A DNA stretch of 64,000 nucleotides from an uncultured Candidatus Saccharibacteria bacterium (GCA_964415895.1 CAYQCC010000003.1:3053-67052), one strand, 5' to 3'; counted from the stretch's first letter, positions 27,834 through 37,764 are shown. Notes: a model not told the origin generated them from the sequence alone. Numbers and translations are program-made.

Positions 27834-28781
27834 CTACGTACATGCAATAACCGTATCGCCGCGCGAGAATGGCGGCTCGATTAAAATAGTGCTTGCACTG
27901 ATAAACGAATCAGATAATGGTTCGTTTACGTAAATTCTTTTTGCGACAATTAATTGATCCTTGAAATTCTCTGCGCATTGCTTTAATGTGCCTCGCGCAT
28001 TTGAATAATCACGAAGAGTAATTGCAGTGCGTGGATTCGCAGCCAGATACTGGGCGTACAATCTAAAGGCGGCTTTTCCATTAATTCTTGCGCCAAGGAT
28101 TCTCTGCAGTTGCGCGAGTTCAGATTCTGCCAATAACTGTAATATCTTTTCAGAATATCCAGGTATTGGTTGTGCAATGTGACTTTTAGTGAGAACCCAT
28201 CCATTTACAGATTGTGAGGACTTACGAACGTACACCATTACTTCTTTTCCCTTTTCTTTTGAAAGAATGGGGCAAGTAAAATTAATAATGGACTCATCTT
28301 CACGTGCACCAACCAAAAGATGCTGAATTGTGAATCCTGCGTGTGGACCATACGAAAATTCGATTCTGGAAATATCTGGAATATCACCTAATAACGTTTG
28401 ATAGTTCAGAATTTTTTCCTTACGGACATCAGTAATACGATTTCCATGTTCTAACATCATGAACGGACGAAGATGTACTGGAATATCCATACCCAAAATT
28501 TCACATACTTCATCCGACGCTTTTCCAAGCATACCGTTGGTATAACTTCCAATCGTGCCAGCATACCAATGGTCAACAATTAATTTCTTGGTGCCAAGAA
28601 ATCTTAACAACCAAGCTGTTTCAAATAACTCTTGGTCATTATTACCTGGTACAGGAGTACCGCAACTCATTGCGTAAATTGTTTGAGCTGCATCAAATCG
28701 GGCAACGGACGTTTCAAATGAAATACCTGCCTCTGTAAATCCACCCAGTGGATCAATGTTGTTGTTTACAAAAAATTCCAT
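27834..28781 (-). CDS. Hypothetical protein, first gene of the deacetylase/GT operon
   Basis: 315-aa globular-looking ORF; no family recognised. Confidence 0.8.
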   Translation of the reverse strand: MEFFVNNNIDPLGGFTEAGISFETSVARFDAAQTIYAMSCGTPVPGNNDQELFETAWLLRFLGTKKLIVDHWYAGTIGSYTNGMLGKASDEVCEILGMDIPVHLRPFMMLEHGNRITDVRKEKILNYQTLLGDIPDISRIEFSYGPHAGFTIQHLLVGAREDESIINFTCPILSKEKGKEVMVYVRKSSQSVNGWVLTKSHIAQPIPGYSEKILQLLAESELAQLQRILGARINGKAAFRLYAQYLAANPRTAITLRDYSNARGTLKQCAENFKDQLIVAKRIYVNEPLSDSFISASTILIEPPFSRGDTVIACT

Positions 28782-28826
28782 AAATATTTGGTTTTAAAAT
28801 GAACAAAACTGCATTATGGTATACAA

Positions 28827-28858
28827 ATAAACCCCTTTGATGATTCAAAGGGGTTTAT
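28827..28858 (-). terminator. Attenuator terminator upstream of the operon
   Basis: 14-bp stem ATAAACCCCTTTGA/TCAAAGGGGTTTAT, U-rich run on the minus strand, 46 nt before the start codon. Confidence 0.8.
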
Positions 28859-28894
28859 CGTCCGAGGAGGTTGTATGAAAAAAAATACAACAAT

Positions 28895-28984
28895 TTACTG
28901 GATAACGACAAAACTCTTTGAACCATTGTTCAAAGGACAGAAGTGTCGATACCATGAAATTTGTTGAATTTTAATTAAATTCAT
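28895..28984 (-). CDS. Putative leader peptide (29 aa)
   Basis: MNLIKIQQISWYRHFCPLNNGSKSFVVIQ*, overlapping alternative hairpins. Confidence 0.55.
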   Translation of the reverse strand: MNLIKIQQISWYRHFCPLNNGSKSFVVIQ

Positions 28985-29057
28985 ACCGTACGTATAACAT
29001 ATGTATAAAATAAATGCAATTACCAACAAAAAAACACTCTCGTGTTTTTTTGTTGGT

Positions 29058-29492
29058 TTATTTTTTTCTGTGATTGTCCATCTTAGGTAATCGTTTATCA
29101 GTAGGCCCTTGTTCTGATAACAAAACATTTCGGATTTGTTCCTTGGTAAGATTGTGACTCTTTAATATTTCTGGCATTGATTTTCCTGCGTCAATTTCTG
29201 ATTGAATACCAGATACCGTCACACCAAGTTTCGTCGCAATATTTGCAATTTGCGTATTAGTCAATTTATGATGACTATTTCCAATTCCAGTTTCTGCGAG
29301 GGTTGATCGAATCGCACTCATCGTAATGTTGTGAGACCTCAAGACGTCTTTCACAGGTGTTCCTGCGTTGATTTCAGACTTTATCTTGGTAACTTCGTCG
29401 CTATTTAATTGTAATGTTGATGCAAATGCTGTGTTTGAAAGCAGCAGCATAAGTACCAATAATCCACCGGTAATAAAGGCTTTTTTTCGCAT
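29058..29492 (-). CDS. Secreted protein with two internal repeats
   Basis: Signal peptide; I.SEI.AG....E/D.L.SHN.T...IR repeated twice. Confidence 0.8.
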   Translation of the reverse strand: MRKKAFITGGLLVLMLLLSNTAFASTLQLNSDEVTKIKSEINAGTPVKDVLRSHNITMSAIRSTLAETGIGNSHHKLTNTQIANIATKLGVTVSGIQSEIDAGKSMPEILKSHNLTKEQIRNVLLSEQGPTDKRLPKMDNHRKK

Positions 29493-29642
29493 AATAATAA
29501 AATATAGTAATTAAAGAACTTGATAAAAATGATTCAAAATAATAAGCATTAATGAGAGATCACGACTGTGATCTCTCTGATAGATTATACGCGACAAATC
29601 AATTTCTGGTGCGAATGTTCCACACTATGGTATGGTTACAAC

Positions 29643-30209
29643 ATGGAAATAACTGACGCACAATTGGTTGAGCAAACGATGCTTGGTGATCAAGGGTCTT
29701 TTGACGAACTTGTGCGCAGATATACAAAACAGATCTATAATTTCAGTTTCAGACTCACAGGAACTATTGAATCAGCTGAAGACATTACACAGGAAACATT
29801 TATTAAGGTTTGGAAGAACTTGAAAAAATACGATTCCAATCAAAACTTTCGTCCGTGGATATTCACTATCGCGCGAAATACTGCCACTGACTGGTTGCGT
29901 AAGAAGAAAAATATATCGTTCTCGCAGTTATCGCATGATGATATGCAGTTCGAGGATTCCGTTTCAGATACAAATGCGGATATTGAGAAAGATATTAGTC
30001 AGATTGAGAATGCTGATCTTGCTAAAAAACTATTGAGCGAGCTTTCGCCAGATTATAAATCAGTTCTAGTTCTGCACTATACGGAAAGTATGACATTTGA
30101 TGAAATTGGAACTATTTTAAATAAACCTCTTAATACTGTAAAAAGTTGGCATCGGCGCGCACTGCTACAACTACGAAAAATGGCATTGAGCAAAAACCCT
30201 TTTAATTAA
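29643..30209 (+). CDS. ECF sigma-70 factor
   Basis: AEDITQETFIKVW, FRPWIFTIARN, EIG.IL..PLNTVKS...RA. Confidence 0.95.
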   Translation: MEITDAQLVEQTMLGDQGSFDELVRRYTKQIYNFSFRLTGTIESAEDITQETFIKVWKNLKKYDSNQNFRPWIFTIARNTATDWLRKKKNISFSQLSHDDMQFEDSVSDTNADIEKDISQIENADLAKKLLSELSPDYKSVLVLHYTESMTFDEIGTILNKPLNTVKSWHRRALLQLRKMALSKNPFN

Positions 30210-30213
30210 TAAG

Positions 30214-30240
30214 TGCACCAAAAACCCTTAATCTAACGTA
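30214..30240 (+). promoter_or_regulatory. Putative ECF promoter copy 1 (TGCACC-N17-CGTA)
   Basis: TGCACCAAAAACC...CGTA, 9 nt before ATG 30250. Confidence 0.75.
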
Positions 30241-30249
30241 TCTATCTAT

Positions 30250-30663
30250 ATGAATCGCGACCATACTACTATTAATAAACTATTCCAAGACCTTGAATCG
30301 CCTCGAGTTGATTTAGAGAATCAAATTATCAAGGCCATTCACAAGCGAATCTACCGCGCACTCCTTATCAGACGAAGCGTTCTGGCAGTTGCAACAACCC
30401 TATCAATTGTCGCAATCGTTCCAGCTGTATCGCACCTGTTGGCTCAGTTATCACAAACTGGATTTGCCCAATATGCTTCGCTTGCATTCTCTGATGGTGC
30501 TGCAATTTGGACCAACGCAAAAGACTTCGGATTATTACTTGCAGAATCACTACCTGTTATGAGCGTCGTACTCGTGTTTACTATTGTACTTGTCATGACA
30601 TGGTCAATCAGAAAACTTATCCAAAAACCATTATCAATTTCTTCGTTTGCTGCGCAAATGTAA
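30250..30663 (+). CDS. Two-TM membrane protein, probable anti-sigma
   Basis: Directly follows the ECF gene; short soluble N-terminus and two hydrophobic helices. Confidence 0.7.
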   Translation: MNRDHTTINKLFQDLESPRVDLENQIIKAIHKRIYRALLIRRSVLAVATTLSIVAIVPAVSHLLAQLSQTGFAQYASLAFSDGAAIWTNAKDFGLLLAESLPVMSVVLVFTIVLVMTWSIRKLIQKPLSISSFAAQM

Positions 30664-30678
30664 TTCTAAAATAATTCT

Positions 30679-31179
30679 ATGGAAAAAACATTTCAACAAT
30701 TACACACTGCTGTTAAGGATTCGCTCGTAGATAAAGCAACAAAACGGATTACAACTTTGATTGTTGCGCTGATTCTTGCGCTCATCATATTCCAAGCAGG
30801 CGTCACGGTTGGTTTTCGAAAAGCTCATTTTGTAAAATCTTGGAACGATAATTATTTTAAAAATTTTGGGCCACATAAAAAAGGGTTTCCTGTTCCTATG
30901 CCAGGACAATTTCCAAATGCACATGGAACGATCGGAAAGATTATCAGCGTAAATTTCCCAACATTCATCGTTGAAGATCGTGATAAAACAGAAAAGATTA
31001 TTACGCTAGCTGATACTACGAAGATTCGAAAAATGGATAATGATGGCATACAAGCAGACCTATCGATTGATACATACGTCGTAGTTGTCGGAGATCCAAA
31101 TGATCAAGGTCAAATTAACGCAAAATTTATTCGTATCATACCAGCACCACCAACTCAATCCGAGTCAAGAATTCAATAA
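30679..31179 (+). CDS. Membrane-anchored OB-fold (DUF5666-like) protein
   Basis: TM helix; HG.IGKII...T.I....L.....V.V.G......I.A..IRI. Confidence 0.75.
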   Translation: MEKTFQQLHTAVKDSLVDKATKRITTLIVALILALIIFQAGVTVGFRKAHFVKSWNDNYFKNFGPHKKGFPVPMPGQFPNAHGTIGKIISVNFPTFIVEDRDKTEKIITLADTTKIRKMDNDGIQADLSIDTYVVVVGDPNDQGQINAKFIRIIPAPPTQSESRIQ

Positions 31180-31182
31180 TAT

Positions 31183-32715
31183 ATGAAACTATTTCTTCAA
31201 AAAATTAAATTATGGATTCCAACTCATAAAAAGACAACGGCTTTTATTGCCGTTGTCGCAATCGCATTAATTGTGATTCTTGTGAAAACGTTGAAATCAA
31301 ATGACGCAAATACAACCTATGTATTAGGAACCGCATCAAAAGGGACCGTCGTATCAACCGTAACAGGAACGGGCCAAGTATCATCCTCAAACGAACTTGC
31401 TATCACACCAAAAGCATCCGGTACTGTAACATTTGTTCGCGTAAAGTCAGGCGACAAAGTAAAAAAAGGTCAGCAATTGTTTTCAATCGATGCAACTGAC
31501 GCACAAAAAAGTGTTCGTGATGCTCAACTGAATTTAAACTCGGCTTTGGCTGAACAGAAAAAATCAACATCAGGCTATCAAACAGCGATTGATAACGCAT
31601 ATGCAACATTATTGAGTTCTGGATTACAAGCAGCAGCAGCCAACAATCTAACACAAAACTATGCAGCACCAACGATTTCAGGAAATTATACGCTTGGCAA
31701 AGAAGGCGTCATTACACTTGAAACATATGAATCAACAGGAGGGATTTCTTTCAAAGCTACAGGGCTCGCAACAGGAACAGGACTTGTAAGCTCAACCACA
31801 TCACAACCAATTGGAGATTCGGGATTATTTATTACGTTTCCATCTGCATCTATCGCAGGAAAACAATTATGGACAATTTCTATTCCAAACAAAAATTCAT
31901 CGAACTACATTTCTAATTACAATAATTACCAAACGGCTTTGAAAAATAAAACTGATGCGCAAGATCCGAATGACACGTCAGCACTTTCGATTCAGTCAAA
32001 ACGCAATGCACTTGCCGATGCGCGACAAAATCTTTCAAACTATTACGTAACGGCACCATTCGACGGAGTGATCGCAAGTGTACCAGTGGAAGTTGGCGAC
32101 AATGCATCGTCTGCAACTACGCTTGGTACGTTAATCACAACAGATAATGTGGTGACTGTTTCGTTGAACGAGGTAGACATTGCAAAGGTAAAAATCGGAC
32201 AAAAAGCGACGATGACATTCGATGCCATTACCGATCTTGAAATGACTGGAAAAATTGCGTCAGTAGATTTATTGGGAACCGTGACATCGGGTGTTGTAAA
32301 TTACAACGTGGAGATCTCATTTGATACTAACGATGAACGAATTAAATCTGGAATGTCAGCAAACGTAACAATCGCAACTAATGTTGCGCAGGATGTGATC
32401 GTCATTCCAAATGCTGCAGTGAAAACTGCTAATGGATCATCATACGTTCAAATTGCTCCACTTGGAAGTGATGCCACAACGACTACAGGAATCGAGCTTC
32501 AAGAAATGCCAGAACGTGTAACCGTCGAGAAAGGAATTTCAGACGATACGTACACGGAAATTAAGTCAGGACTTTCAGAGGGTGATATTATTGTTACAAA
32601 GACAATCACAGCAAGCACTGCAAAAACCACAACTGCTTCTGCGCCAAGTTTACTAGGTGGCGGAACAGGACGAACAACAACGGGTGGAAATGCTACGCGA
32701 GCGTTAGGAAGATAA
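31183..32715 (+). CDS. MacA/HlyD-type membrane fusion protein
   Basis: G.V..VK.GD.VKKGQ.L lipoyl halves, APFDGVI, IKSGMSA, GLSEGD. Confidence 0.92.
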   Translation: MKLFLQKIKLWIPTHKKTTAFIAVVAIALIVILVKTLKSNDANTTYVLGTASKGTVVSTVTGTGQVSSSNELAITPKASGTVTFVRVKSGDKVKKGQQLFSIDATDAQKSVRDAQLNLNSALAEQKKSTSGYQTAIDNAYATLLSSGLQAAAANNLTQNYAAPTISGNYTLGKEGVITLETYESTGGISFKATGLATGTGLVSSTTSQPIGDSGLFITFPSASIAGKQLWTISIPNKNSSNYISNYNNYQTALKNKTDAQDPNDTSALSIQSKRNALADARQNLSNYYVTAPFDGVIASVPVEVGDNASSATTLGTLITTDNVVTVSLNEVDIAKVKIGQKATMTFDAITDLEMTGKIASVDLLGTVTSGVVNYNVEISFDTNDERIKSGMSANVTIATNVAQDVIVIPNAAVKTANGSSYVQIAPLGSDATTTTGIELQEMPERVTVEKGISDDTYTEIKSGLSEGDIIVTKTITASTAKTTTASAPSLLGGGTGRTTTGGNATRALGR

Positions 32716-32719
32716 TTTT

Positions 32720-33424
32720 ATGATTGAAATAAAAAACATCACAAAAACATATTCATCTGGAAGTGATAATGAATTTCAGGCATTAAAAGGCGTTTCGTTT
32801 ACCATAAACGACGGCGAGTTTGTCGCGATCATGGGACCGTCTGGTTCGGGTAAATCGACACTCATGCACATCCTTGGATGTTTGGACACGCCGACATCGG
32901 GAACATATCATTTGGACAAGAAAGATGTTTCAAAAATGAGCGACGATGACCTTGCAGAAATACGCAGGGATAATATCGGATTTGTATTCCAATCATTCAA
33001 CCTGCTACCACGAACAACAGTACTTCAAAACGTAATGCTGCCATTGGTTTACGCAGATGTTGATGAGAAAGAACGAGAAAAGCGCGCACGGAAAGCATTG
33101 GAGTCTGCTGGTATGCAGGAAACTCATTTCGACCACAAGTCGAACCAACTATCCGGAGGACAAATTCAACGTGTTGCGATTGCGCGAGCATTAGTAAATA
33201 ATCCAACGATGATTCTGGCGGATGAACCGACAGGAAACCTAGATACTAAAACAGGTGAAATTGTACTTGGAACATTCCAACAATTAAACCGCGAACACGG
33301 ACGAACCATTGTCTTGATCACCCATGAACCCGATGTTGCAGAACATGCGGATCGTATCATTACGATCCGTGATGGAGTTATTGTGAGTGATGACAAGAGT
33401 CATGCGAAACGAAAAGTAAAATAA
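32720..33424 (+). CDS. ABC ATP-binding protein (MacB/LolD type)
   Basis: GPSGSGKST, LSGGQ.QRVAIARAL, ADEPTGNLD. Confidence 0.95.
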   Translation: MIEIKNITKTYSSGSDNEFQALKGVSFTINDGEFVAIMGPSGSGKSTLMHILGCLDTPTSGTYHLDKKDVSKMSDDDLAEIRRDNIGFVFQSFNLLPRTTVLQNVMLPLVYADVDEKEREKRARKALESAGMQETHFDHKSNQLSGGQIQRVAIARALVNNPTMILADEPTGNLDTKTGEIVLGTFQQLNREHGRTIVLITHEPDVAEHADRIITIRDGVIVSDDKSHAKRKVK

Positions 33425-33442
33425 AAACACCAAACGGTGTTT

Positions 33443-33853
33443 TTATTTTATAATTTCTAGATCTTTAGCATCTTGTTTCAAAGAAATAAGATTATTTTTA
33501 TCCCACCAGGTCTTGAACCTTGTAATTAATTCTTTCGAAACAATTCCTGCTGCATATACACCAGTAACACTTGATACAATAGGGTGACGTTCATAATTAG
33601 CATATGAAAGCATAATAGTTACAATGCTTGCACAAAACGCAATTAAGGCACCATATTTTATTACTGAAAGTTCATGTGTTTTTGTAGTAATTAATTCGTC
33701 TAATTTATTAATACCACCAAGAGCATTTATTTTTTGTTTTATTATTTCTATCTTTTTAAGAAATTTTTGACGTTCCTTGGAAACAAACTCTTCTTTTGTT
33801 TCAACGGGGTTTATAGCTTTTGGTTCGTGGGAGAAATTTGGTACAGGGTTCAT
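33443..33853 (-). CDS. Hypothetical membrane protein
   Basis: 136 aa with two hydrophobic segments. Confidence 0.7.
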   Translation of the reverse strand: MNPVPNFSHEPKAINPVETKEEFVSKERQKFLKKIEIIKQKINALGGINKLDELITTKTHELSVIKYGALIAFCASIVTIMLSYANYERHPIVSSVTGVYAAGIVSKELITRFKTWWDKNNLISLKQDAKDLEIIK

Positions 33854-33867
33854 AAGATTATTATATA

Positions 33868-34023
33868 TTATTCTGATACGTTATCTTTTTCAATGGAATT
33901 AATTATATCTTCTAAGGCGTCAGCTCCTTTGTTTAAAGCTTGAAGAAGACTAATTTCCTCATCAGTAGTGATAGTGTCGTTGCCAGCTTTTTCTAACAAT
34001 TCTTTAAGTTCTTGTTCTGTCAT
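33868..34023 (-). CDS. Small acidic hypothetical protein (51 aa)
   Basis: MTEQELKELLEKAGND...; GGTATACT -10 about 10 nt upstream. Confidence 0.65.
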   Translation of the reverse strand: MTEQELKELLEKAGNDTITTDEEISLLQALNKGADALEDIINSIEKDNVSE

Positions 34024-34072
34024 AATAATTAAAGTATACCGTAACCTCCACGAAATACAACTAATGTACTTT

Positions 34073-34099
34073 TGCACCAAAAACCTTTATTTTCACGTA
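34073..34099 (+). promoter_or_regulatory. Putative ECF promoter copy 2
   Basis: TGCACCAAAAACC...CGTA (N17), 10 nt before ATG 34110. Confidence 0.75.
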
Positions 34100-34109
34100 T
34101 AATAATCAT

Positions 34110-35330
34110 ATGACAACACTCGATATTCTCCATGAAACATATAGCGCACTAACCGCCAACAAGGTCCGAACGGGCCTTACTATGCTCGGAATCATCATTG
34201 GTATCAGTTCAGTGATCGCTATGGTTTCAATCGGAAACGGCGCGAAAGGAACGATCCAATCAAGCATCGAATCAATTGGTTCAAACCTTGTGATGGTTAC
34301 ACCTGGCGCTGCACGAAGTTTTGGTGGGCCAAGCGGCGGACGTGGAAACGCGCAGACATTAACTGTTGAAGACGCGGAAGCAATTCAAAGCACTGTTGAA
34401 AATATTTCTGGCGTTGCGTTCGTTGTGTCATCACGACAGCAGGTTGCAGCAACTGGAACCAACACTAACACAAGCATTGTCGGAACCAATGTTGATTATG
34501 CAACTGTGCGAAACGTGACAGTTGAAGATGGCGAATTTTTGAGTGATGCAAATGTGCAATCAGCCGCAAAAATTGCTGTGATTGGACCCACAACGAGCAC
34601 CGATTTGTTTGGTGAAGATGGACAAGCAATTGGTCAGACGATTCGTATCAAAGGTGCGCAATACAAAGTGATTGGTGTAACAAAATCAAAAGGTGGTTCA
34701 GGATTCAGCAACGCAGACGACACAATCTATATTCCCTACACAGCAGCGCAACGCTATCTAACAGGAAATAAATATCTGACAGAGATTGATATTTCAGCGA
34801 GCGATCCAGATGTCACAACTCAAGTTCAAACAGATGCCACAGACTTGTTGATGACTCGACACAATATTACTGATGCAACCAAAGCTGATTTTTCAATTTT
34901 GAATCAATCAGACATCTTAGCAACTGCATCAAGTGTTACAGGCACGTTCACCATATTGCTTGCAGCAGTGGCTGGAATATCTCTTGTTGTCGGCGGAATC
35001 GGAATTATGAATATGATGCTCACAACGGTTACTGAACGAACGCGGGAAATCGGACTACGAAAAGCTATTGGTGCGAAGAAGGGCGACATCAACAAGCAAT
35101 TTCTCTTTGAATCCGTGATGCTTACATTTTCAGGCGGTGTCATTGGAGTAATACTTGGCTGGGCGATATCGTTTACAGTGACAAAACTTGGCATACTGCA
35201 AACCAGCGTTACGTGGTCATCAGTGCTGCTCGCGTTCGGCGTATCTGCGTTCATTGGAGTCGTATTTGGATACTATCCAGCACGACGCGCATCAAATCTG
35301 AATCCGATTGATGCATTGCGATTTGAGTAA
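34110..35330 (+). CDS. ABC permease (MacB-PCD/FtsX type)
   Basis: R..LTMLGIIIG, GGIGIMNMML..V.ERTREIGLRKAIGA, YPARRAS.L.PIDALR. Confidence 0.95.
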   Translation: MTTLDILHETYSALTANKVRTGLTMLGIIIGISSVIAMVSIGNGAKGTIQSSIESIGSNLVMVTPGAARSFGGPSGGRGNAQTLTVEDAEAIQSTVENISGVAFVVSSRQQVAATGTNTNTSIVGTNVDYATVRNVTVEDGEFLSDANVQSAAKIAVIGPTTSTDLFGEDGQAIGQTIRIKGAQYKVIGVTKSKGGSGFSNADDTIYIPYTAAQRYLTGNKYLTEIDISASDPDVTTQVQTDATDLLMTRHNITDATKADFSILNQSDILATASSVTGTFTILLAAVAGISLVVGGIGIMNMMLTTVTERTREIGLRKAIGAKKGDINKQFLFESVMLTFSGGVIGVILGWAISFTVTKLGILQTSVTWSSVLLAFGVSAFIGVVFGYYPARRASNLNPIDALRFE

Positions 35331-35418
35331 TCAAGATCCTCGAAAGAGGATCTTTGTAATAAAAAAGCCGTCCTAAGTGTGCGGCTAAATTTCAATAATA
35401 AATTGTTGGAACATTGGA

Positions 35419-35568
35419 TTAATCGTCTTCCTCTTCGGCTAACTGACTTTTTGCGTCTGCAGTACGAATATTATTCTCTACCTTGCCTGCCTTATTTTGA
35501 GTATTTTCTTTTTCTGGCTGTTCCGTTGTTTGCGACTTGTTTGTGTCGTCTTTTTCACCATTTGGCAT
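35419..35568 (-). CDS. Small hydrophilic protein (49 aa)
   Basis: Hand translation MPNGEKDDTNKSQTTEQPEKENTQNKAGKVENNIRTADAKSQLAEEEDD*. Confidence 0.5.
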   Translation of the reverse strand: MPNGEKDDTNKSQTTEQPEKENTQNKAGKVENNIRTADAKSQLAEEEDD

Positions 35569-35635
35569 GTCTTTTTTTTAAATTGTTATCAATACTATAA
35601 ATTTGATATTACCTTCTATTCTAAGCAAGTCAATA

Positions 35636-35663
35636 TGCACCAAAAACCCTCTCCTTTCCCGTA
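35636..35663 (+). promoter_or_regulatory. Putative ECF promoter copy 3
   Basis: TGCACCAAAAACC...CGTA (N18) upstream of 35702. Confidence 0.7.
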
Positions 35664-35701
35664 CTAAAAAGTGTTAGTAATTAATTTTAAATTTTATAAT
35701 T

Positions 35702-36184
35702 ATGTCAAAAGACTTAAAGGTTAAGGCAATCATTGGAGGAATCATCGTTGCTATCGTTTTCTTTGGAATAGGAATGGCTGCAGGGCGTCACAGCGGAAAG
35801 CGCGGACAGATGAACCGAATGGGTGATCGTTCAGGTATGATGCAAGGCGGAAGTTTCCAAGGCGGTATGCCAAATGGTGCACAAGGTGGACGCATGGGTG
35901 GAATGAATCGTGGTGGTGGATTCGCATCTGGTGAGATTATTTCATCAGATGACAAAAGCATCACAATTAAATTACAAGATGGTGGATCAAAAGTGATTTA
36001 CTTAACAGATACCACGCCTGTTATGAAATCAACTTCTGTTGCAAAATCAGATCTTGCAACAGGAATAACTGTTACTGTGAATGGAACATCAAATGCTGAT
36101 GGATCAATTGCAGCACAGTCTGTACAAATCAGGCCAGCTGGTATAGCAGTACCAATGGGACAGGCCACACAACCAAAGCAATAA
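35702..36184 (+). CDS. Membrane-anchored Gly/Met-rich OB-fold (DUF5666-like) protein
   Basis: TM, GM-rich linker, GEIIS.D..SITIK..DGGSK, G..N.DGSI.AQSVQIRP. Confidence 0.85.
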   Translation: MSKDLKVKAIIGGIIVAIVFFGIGMAAGRHSGKRGQMNRMGDRSGMMQGGSFQGGMPNGAQGGRMGGMNRGGGFASGEIISSDDKSITIKLQDGGSKVIYLTDTTPVMKSTSVAKSDLATGITVTVNGTSNADGSIAAQSVQIRPAGIAVPMGQATQPKQ

Positions 36185-36261
36185 TACATTATTAAAACTC
36201 GAATAACATTCGGGTTTTAATGTTGCTGTTTAAAAAATATTCAAAGTGATATACTTATCAC

Positions 36262-37170
36262 ATGAAATTGCGTTTACTAGTTGTGACACTCTTTACTCTA
36301 TTCTGTATCGTCTTCATTATCGAAAATAATTCGATGGCAGTTTTTCGCTGGTTTGGTGCAATCGTATCGGCGATGAGCATCACATCAATGTACTACGCAC
36401 ATCGCAAGGAACGACGTGAAAAATCTGAACAAGAAAAAGGTGCCATTATGGAACAAGCTAATAAAAAGATGGAAACTATTAACCAAGCAAAGGATGAATT
36501 TCTTTCATTTGCAACGCATCAGTTGCGCAGTCCGCTTACTTCGATAAAATGGGGTTTGAATGCTATTTCTGATTCTGTAAAAAATGATACAACAACTCTC
36601 CAACTGGTTGAACAGCTGCGAACCATTGCAGACAATATGGTAAACACAGTTAATGATTTGTTGGATATTTCAAAAATAGAACAAGGCGGACTCGTTTTAA
36701 CAGTAGAGCCAGTTGATTTGGTTGAACTATTGGATCAACTTGCTGAGAACTACCGTATGACAGCTGCTGCAAAAAATCTACTATTGCAATTTCAGACAAA
36801 TCTTCCTATTGCGATTATTTCAGGCGATAAAACAAAACTGCGGCAAGTGTTTGCAAACCTTATTGATAATGCCATTAAATATACAAGCACTGGATCAATC
36901 GCCATATCGCTTTCCTATCAGCAAGATCGTAACGAATTTATTGTTGATGTTACAGACACTGGTCCTGGAATCGCAAAAGAAGAACTTGATAACTTGTTTG
37001 AAAAGTTCGCGCGTGGAACAGCAGGAAAAGCATCCGCAACAAAAGGTTCAGGGCTTGGACTCTATCTTGGCAAGAAAATAGTAGAACTCCATAAAGGCTC
37101 TATTAACGTAACCTCTGCAGGCACAGACAAAGGAAGCACTTTTTCAGTACATCTTCCAAAAAACGTATAG
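36262..37170 (+). CDS. Sensor histidine kinase (no adjacent response regulator)
   Basis: ATHQLRSPLT H-box, NLIDNAIKY, DTGPGI, GSGLGL. Confidence 0.93.
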   Translation: MKLRLLVVTLFTLFCIVFIIENNSMAVFRWFGAIVSAMSITSMYYAHRKERREKSEQEKGAIMEQANKKMETINQAKDEFLSFATHQLRSPLTSIKWGLNAISDSVKNDTTTLQLVEQLRTIADNMVNTVNDLLDISKIEQGGLVLTVEPVDLVELLDQLAENYRMTAAAKNLLLQFQTNLPIAIISGDKTKLRQVFANLIDNAIKYTSTGSIAISLSYQQDRNEFIVDVTDTGPGIAKEELDNLFEKFARGTAGKASATKGSGLGLYLGKKIVELHKGSINVTSAGTDKGSTFSVHLPKNV

Positions 37171-37213
37171 TTGTTTGTCTTGATAAAAAAAATAACGTAT
37201 AATAATAGCAATT

Positions 37214-37690
37214 ATGATTCACGAAGAAACAATCGAATTCTCATGGAGTACGCTGCAATACGAACACCGCGTGAAAAGTACCGACTGGTATTGGGCTTTG
37301 GGTATTTTAGTAGTACTTGGTGCGGCAATAGCATTCATCAGTAAGAACTTATTATTTGGATTTCTTATCTTGATGGGTGGTTTTATGATTGGACTGTTTG
37401 CGAATAAAAAAAATGATCCAATGTCAGTCGAGGTAAGTGAGCGCGGAGTTATTATTAACGATCTTATTATCAATTTTAGTGATATTAGCGGGTTCTGGCT
37501 TTATAAAAACATTTCAGGTATTCGAAAGCTTATCTTAAAAACAAACCGTAACATGGCTTCTGTTATATCTTTACCTATTCCAGACGATATGCGTGCAGCT
37601 GATCTACGAGATTTTCTACTAAAACATATTCCAGAAAAAGAATTAAAGGAATCATTCGTAGACTTACTGTCAGAAAAGATTGGTTTTTAA
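37214..37690 (+). CDS. Conserved CPR membrane protein with PH-like C-terminus
   Basis: W...Y.H..KS.DWYW, two TM helices, ends L.EKIGF. Confidence 0.8.
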   Translation: MIHEETIEFSWSTLQYEHRVKSTDWYWALGILVVLGAAIAFISKNLLFGFLILMGGFMIGLFANKKNDPMSVEVSERGVIINDLIINFSDISGFWLYKNISGIRKLILKTNRNMASVISLPIPDDMRAADLRDFLLKHIPEKELKESFVDLLSEKIGF

Positions 37691-37764
37691 TAAAAATACA
37701 CATTACGTGTATTTTTATTACGGTTCTTGAATAATCAAACAATCCATGGTATGGTTGCCCTACT

